A stretch of DNA of 64,000 nucleotides from NCBI GenBank assembly GCA_040754455.1, contig JBFMCP010000011.1:11463-75462 (forward strand), given 5' to 3'. The translations under genes and the position numbers were made by a program. Under the pieces are notes generated by a model. That model was not told where the DNA came from. It worked only from the letters and a program-made list of their open reading frames with translations, and made no database searches. The DNA is from Nitrospirota bacterium. Lineage in GTDB: Bacteria > Nitrospirota > Thermodesulfovibrionia > Thermodesulfovibrionales > Dissulfurispiraceae. Positions 60,974 through 64,000 of the stretch are shown piece by piece (position 1 is the first letter of the stretch; each line of letters begins with the position of its first letter).

Positions 60974-62341
60974 CTACTCTTTCGTTATCGTATATTTTCC
61001 GTCTTTGTCGATCTTGATGTTCGCATCAAGGAACCGTACCTTGAATCCGGCATCTTTCAGAATATTGTAGGCCATCTCCGCCCTGACGCCTGTGACGCAA
61101 TGGGTGATGATCTCTTTGTCTTTGGGCAGTTCTTTCAGCCTGTCCTTGAGATCGCCGCCGGGGATATTGACCGCCCCCTTCAGCATGCCCTGCATTGCCT
61201 CATCCTCATCACGGACATCGAGGATGAGCTTGGTGGCGGGCAATGTTTCGGCAATGCCCTTGAACTCGTCAATCGCAATCGCTCCCGGTCTCGGCTTCGG
61301 CACGTAGACGATCTTTGTCGCTACATCGCCGGATACGACAAGACCGCCGATCTTTTTCCATTCATTGAGACCGCCCTCAAGCACCGTCGTGTTGGGGTAG
61401 CCCCATCCCCTTACGGTCTTAAAGGCGTCGATTGCCGCAGCGGTGTCATCGGCATAAAGGATGATCGGCGCCGATTTATCGGCAGGGAACTTGTCCTTTG
61501 CAGCAGCAATCTCTTTCGCTGGAATCGAGGTTGCACCCTGGATATGGCCCTTCTTCGCATCATTGGCTGATCGCACATCAACAAGGACATTGGGAATATC
61601 CTTGTCCATCATCTCTTTGAGGTTTTTGACGGAAGAGAGTACGATGTTCCCCGCTTTCTTCCATGCAGGCATGCCGTCGAGGAATACTTTTACCTTTGTA
61701 TAACCTAATTTCTCTGCCTTAACTGCAGAGGACGGGCTCAGCCTTCAGGTAGGGCCTGCGCAGTAGAAGATGAGGAGCTTGTCCTTCTCCTTCGGCAGCT
61801 TATCGATGTTCTTTTCGAACTCGGCATCGTAGATATTGATGGAGCCGGGGATATGCCCCTCGATGTACCGGGCTCCCGGTCGCGAATCGACAAGCGTAAA
61901 ATTTCCCTGCTGGGCCCCCATGGCAACGAGTTTCGCCACCTCTTCGACAGACATGAGCTTTTCAGGCGCGACCTTTGCCGGCGGCTTGACCGACACGCTC
62001 TGGGCATAGAGACCGCCGTCCTGCTCCTTGATGGCGATCGCTATTTCCTTCTCCTTCGGTATCTGGCTCCATTTCTCGGCGCCGATCAGCTTTGTATCAT
62101 CGTCATAGGTGACGACCCATGCAGCAGGCCCGATATTGACCTGGATAGTGCTGGTCTTGTTTGACACGCCAGCAAAAGCGCCGCGCAGGATGTTCTCATC
62201 AGGCTTATGGCACTGTTTGCAGGGCGGCGCTATCTTGGGCTTCTGCGGAGCATCTGCCGTCATGCCCGTTGCGCTCAGCAGGAAAACCCCTACTGCAGCC
62301 ATAAGGGCGACAATGGTCAACATTACACTCTTCTTACCCAT
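60974..62341 (-). CDS. Exported heme-c (CxxCH) triple-rhodanese protein, probable selenoprotein (TGA at 61745-61747 read as Sec), 455 aa
   Basis: ORFs 61745..62341 and 60974..61672 are in the same frame. The joint reads LIFYCAGPT-TGA-RLSPSSAVKAEKLGYTKVKVFLDGMPAW, an intact rhodanese domain. Signal peptide and PCKQCH at the N-terminus; hairpin 14 nt after the TGA. Confidence 0.82.
61712..61730 (-). promoter_or_regulatory. Candidate bacterial SECIS hairpin
   Basis: CTCTGC-AGTTAAG-GCAGAG starting 14 nt 3' of the in-frame TGA; G-containing loop. Confidence 0.55.
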
Positions 62342-62703
62342 ATTTCTCCCTCTTAATAATGAATGGCCGTGACAAGGTCAGGCTTTATGCAGTTTATAGA
62401 TTAATTAACATTATGGCTACTATATTATCGTCAACTTTTGAATATTTCAATATCAGAAAGCACTCCACCATGAAAGTCCCTGAATACTAAAAGGTATTTA
62501 TCTAAGCCCCGGTTGCTGTGGAACAGGAGAGGAAAGGTGTTGCGCGTACTCCTCGATCTCCCGAGGCACAAGCGATTCCATGGATATTGTTTTATTATAA
62601 ACTTATAGGGACAAGGAAGGATAAGAGAAGTAAATAAGCGGAAGGGATACGTTCCTTGTTAATGCTTCTGCAAGTTGCTGCGCGGCCGCCCGTGCAACCG
62701 CTG

Positions 62704-62994
62704 CTATCGTCTCGAATAGGTTATGCAGTCGGCATGACCGCTGTGCAGGCCGACGCGGATGCTGCCTGCATTGCATTCGAGGGATTGGTTGAATTTGCAG
62801 TCTCCCTCCCTGCAGGCGCCGACGCCTCCGATAATGTCCGTCGAGCCCCCTTTCTGACCCATCTTTGTATAAGTGTCGCACATGGCGCAGCCGCCGTCTC
62901 CCACCGTAATCGCCATTGTGTGACACTGTTTGTCGATATTGTAAGAACAGTCTGTTACCTCACAGGCTGAGATCTTCGACATTGAAAGAGCCAT
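62704..62994 (-). CDS. DUF1540-repeat Cys-rich small protein
   Basis: Two repeats of C....C.(Y/F)N....C.....I.VG......C.TY. ATG after AAGGAGG; TTGACA-N16-TAGACT upstream (63034-63061). Confidence 0.8.
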   Translation of the reverse strand: MALSMSKISACEVTDCSYNIDKQCHTMAITVGDGGCAMCDTYTKMGQKGGSTDIIGGVGACREGDCKFNQSLECNAGSIRVGLHSGHADCITYSRR

Positions 62995-63248
62995 ACCGTC
63001 TACCTCCTTGACCATCCCTTCCGCCATAGAAAAAGTCTACCAGAACCGCAGTTCCTGTCAAGAAGAAGCCCGGACACGAAAACAGTGCAAGAGTTCGACC
63101 TGTACACTCTGCTTTTTGTCGCTGACCCGGAGCCCTGACCTGTACACGGTATTGATGTAGAGGGCGACGTTCCATGTTACAATGGATAGAGGGGGGTGAT
63201 CATGTATCTTTTAAATGCGACCGATCCGGAGCACCGTTACATATAGAG

Positions 63249-64000
63249 ATGAGGGAGAACCAGCGCCCTTCAGGTAACTCCTCCGAGCACCCCGATATTG
63301 ATCCCATCAGTTATTTTCTGTTTGACCGGGAAGGGCTCATTATCGAAGCAAACATCACCGCCGCCGATATGCTGGACACGCCGCACTCCAGCCTCATCCG
63401 GCAACCGTTTACCCGTTACCTTCCGTCGGATAGTCATGAAGCATTCCGTGCACATCTTGATCGGGTATGCACCACGGGACATCGCCAGACCTGCGAACTG
63501 AAGATCGGGGAAAAAGACCATCGTGAGCTCCATATCCAGCTCACAAGCATTGCCATGAGGGATGAGCACGGCGAGCTCAGCCGTTGCCGGACCGCTGCTA
63601 TCGACATTACCGGACAGAAACGGGCAGAAGAACAATTGCGGAAGAGCAAGGAACATCTCGCCGAAGCGCAGCACCTTGCCCATGTCGGCAGCTGGGAGTG
63701 GGACTTAGCCGCAGATAAGGTCACCTGGTCTGATGAGCTCTACCGCATTTTCGGCCTTTCACCCGGCGAGTTCGGCGCCTCCTACGGGGCCTTTCTCGAT
63801 AGCGTCCATCCCGATGACCGGGAGCGGGTCAACAGTATCGTCTTCAAGGCACTCCGCGACCACCAGCCGATTGATTATTACCACCGGACCCTCGGGCCGG
63901 ACGGGCTCGTCCGCATACTGCACTGCCGGGGGCAGGTGGTCGCTGATGAAAAGGGCAATGTAATAAAAATGTTCGGGACCGCCCAGGATGTCACCGAGCT
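63249..64000 (+). CDS. PAS-domain sensor protein (5' part; runs off the window end)
   Basis: Manual translation from ATG 63249: ISYFLFDREGLIIEANITAA.ML...DITGQKRAEEQLRKSKEHLAEAQHLAHVGSWEWDL..DKVTWSDELYRIFG...VHPDDRE...GTAQDVTE (PAS plus PAS_3). Absent from the ORF track because it has no stop in the window. Confidence 0.85.
   Translation, partial: MRENQRPSGNSSEHPDIDPISYFLFDREGLIIEANITAADMLDTPHSSLIRQPFTRYLPSDSHEAFRAHLDRVCTTGHRQTCELKIGEKDHRELHIQLTSIAMRDEHGELSRCRTAAIDITGQKRAEEQLRKSKEHLAEAQHLAHVGSWEWDLAADKVTWSDELYRIFGLSPGEFGASYGAFLDSVHPDDRERVNSIVFKALRDHQPIDYYHRTLGPDGLVRILHCRGQVVADEKGNVIKMFGTAQDVTE

Noticed and set aside
61745..62341. Treating 61745..62341 and 60974..61672 as two genes or a pseudogene
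   Set aside because: The break falls mid-domain at a Cys-equivalent TGA, both halves are intact and in frame, and a hairpin follows. Sec read-through is more parsimonious, though unproven.
63202..63246. ATG at 63202 as the start of the PAS protein
   Set aside because: That frame stops after 14 codons; the PAS frame starts at 63249 (or 63174).

Overview
A gene-dense 64 kb bacterial chromosomal segment, mostly on the minus strand. Gene content suggests an anaerobic Nitrospirota/Thermodesulfovibrionia-like or deltaproteobacterial organism (inference). No rRNA, tRNA, CRISPR array, transposase or prophage was seen. Housekeeping genes include transaldolase, RNase G, pilMNOPQ, aspS, argH, an EF-G paralog, lipA, mazG, purC, purE and htpX. 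Four things stand out. (1) Three yybP-ykoY (Mn2+-sensing) riboswitch aptamers lie within 10 kb, each overlapping an intrinsic terminator. They sit upstream of a carbonic anhydrase / archaeal-type PEP carboxylase / PGPGW / 2x Zn-ribbon / P-type ATPase operon, an orphan HydB/NuoF-like flavoprotein fused to CBS domains, and htpX. (2) An aspartate-pathway cluster (hom, thrC-like, apgM-like, lysC, cimA) has a complete ubiquitin-like sulfur-carrier set embedded in it (TusA, MoeB/ThiF E1, JAB peptidase, MoaD/CysO-like carrier with a tail after GG, NIL protein). This suggests homocysteine/methionine synthesis from phosphohomoserine via a protein thiocarboxylate. (3) An exported c-type-heme, triple-rhodanese protein is split by an in-frame TGA at a Cys-equivalent position and followed by a SECIS-like hairpin, so it is probably a selenoprotein missed by the ORF track. 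(4) About 15 sequence-diverse, mostly palindromic 7/8-mer tandem-repeat elements occur at gene junctions, inside two proteins and inside two riboswitch terminators.
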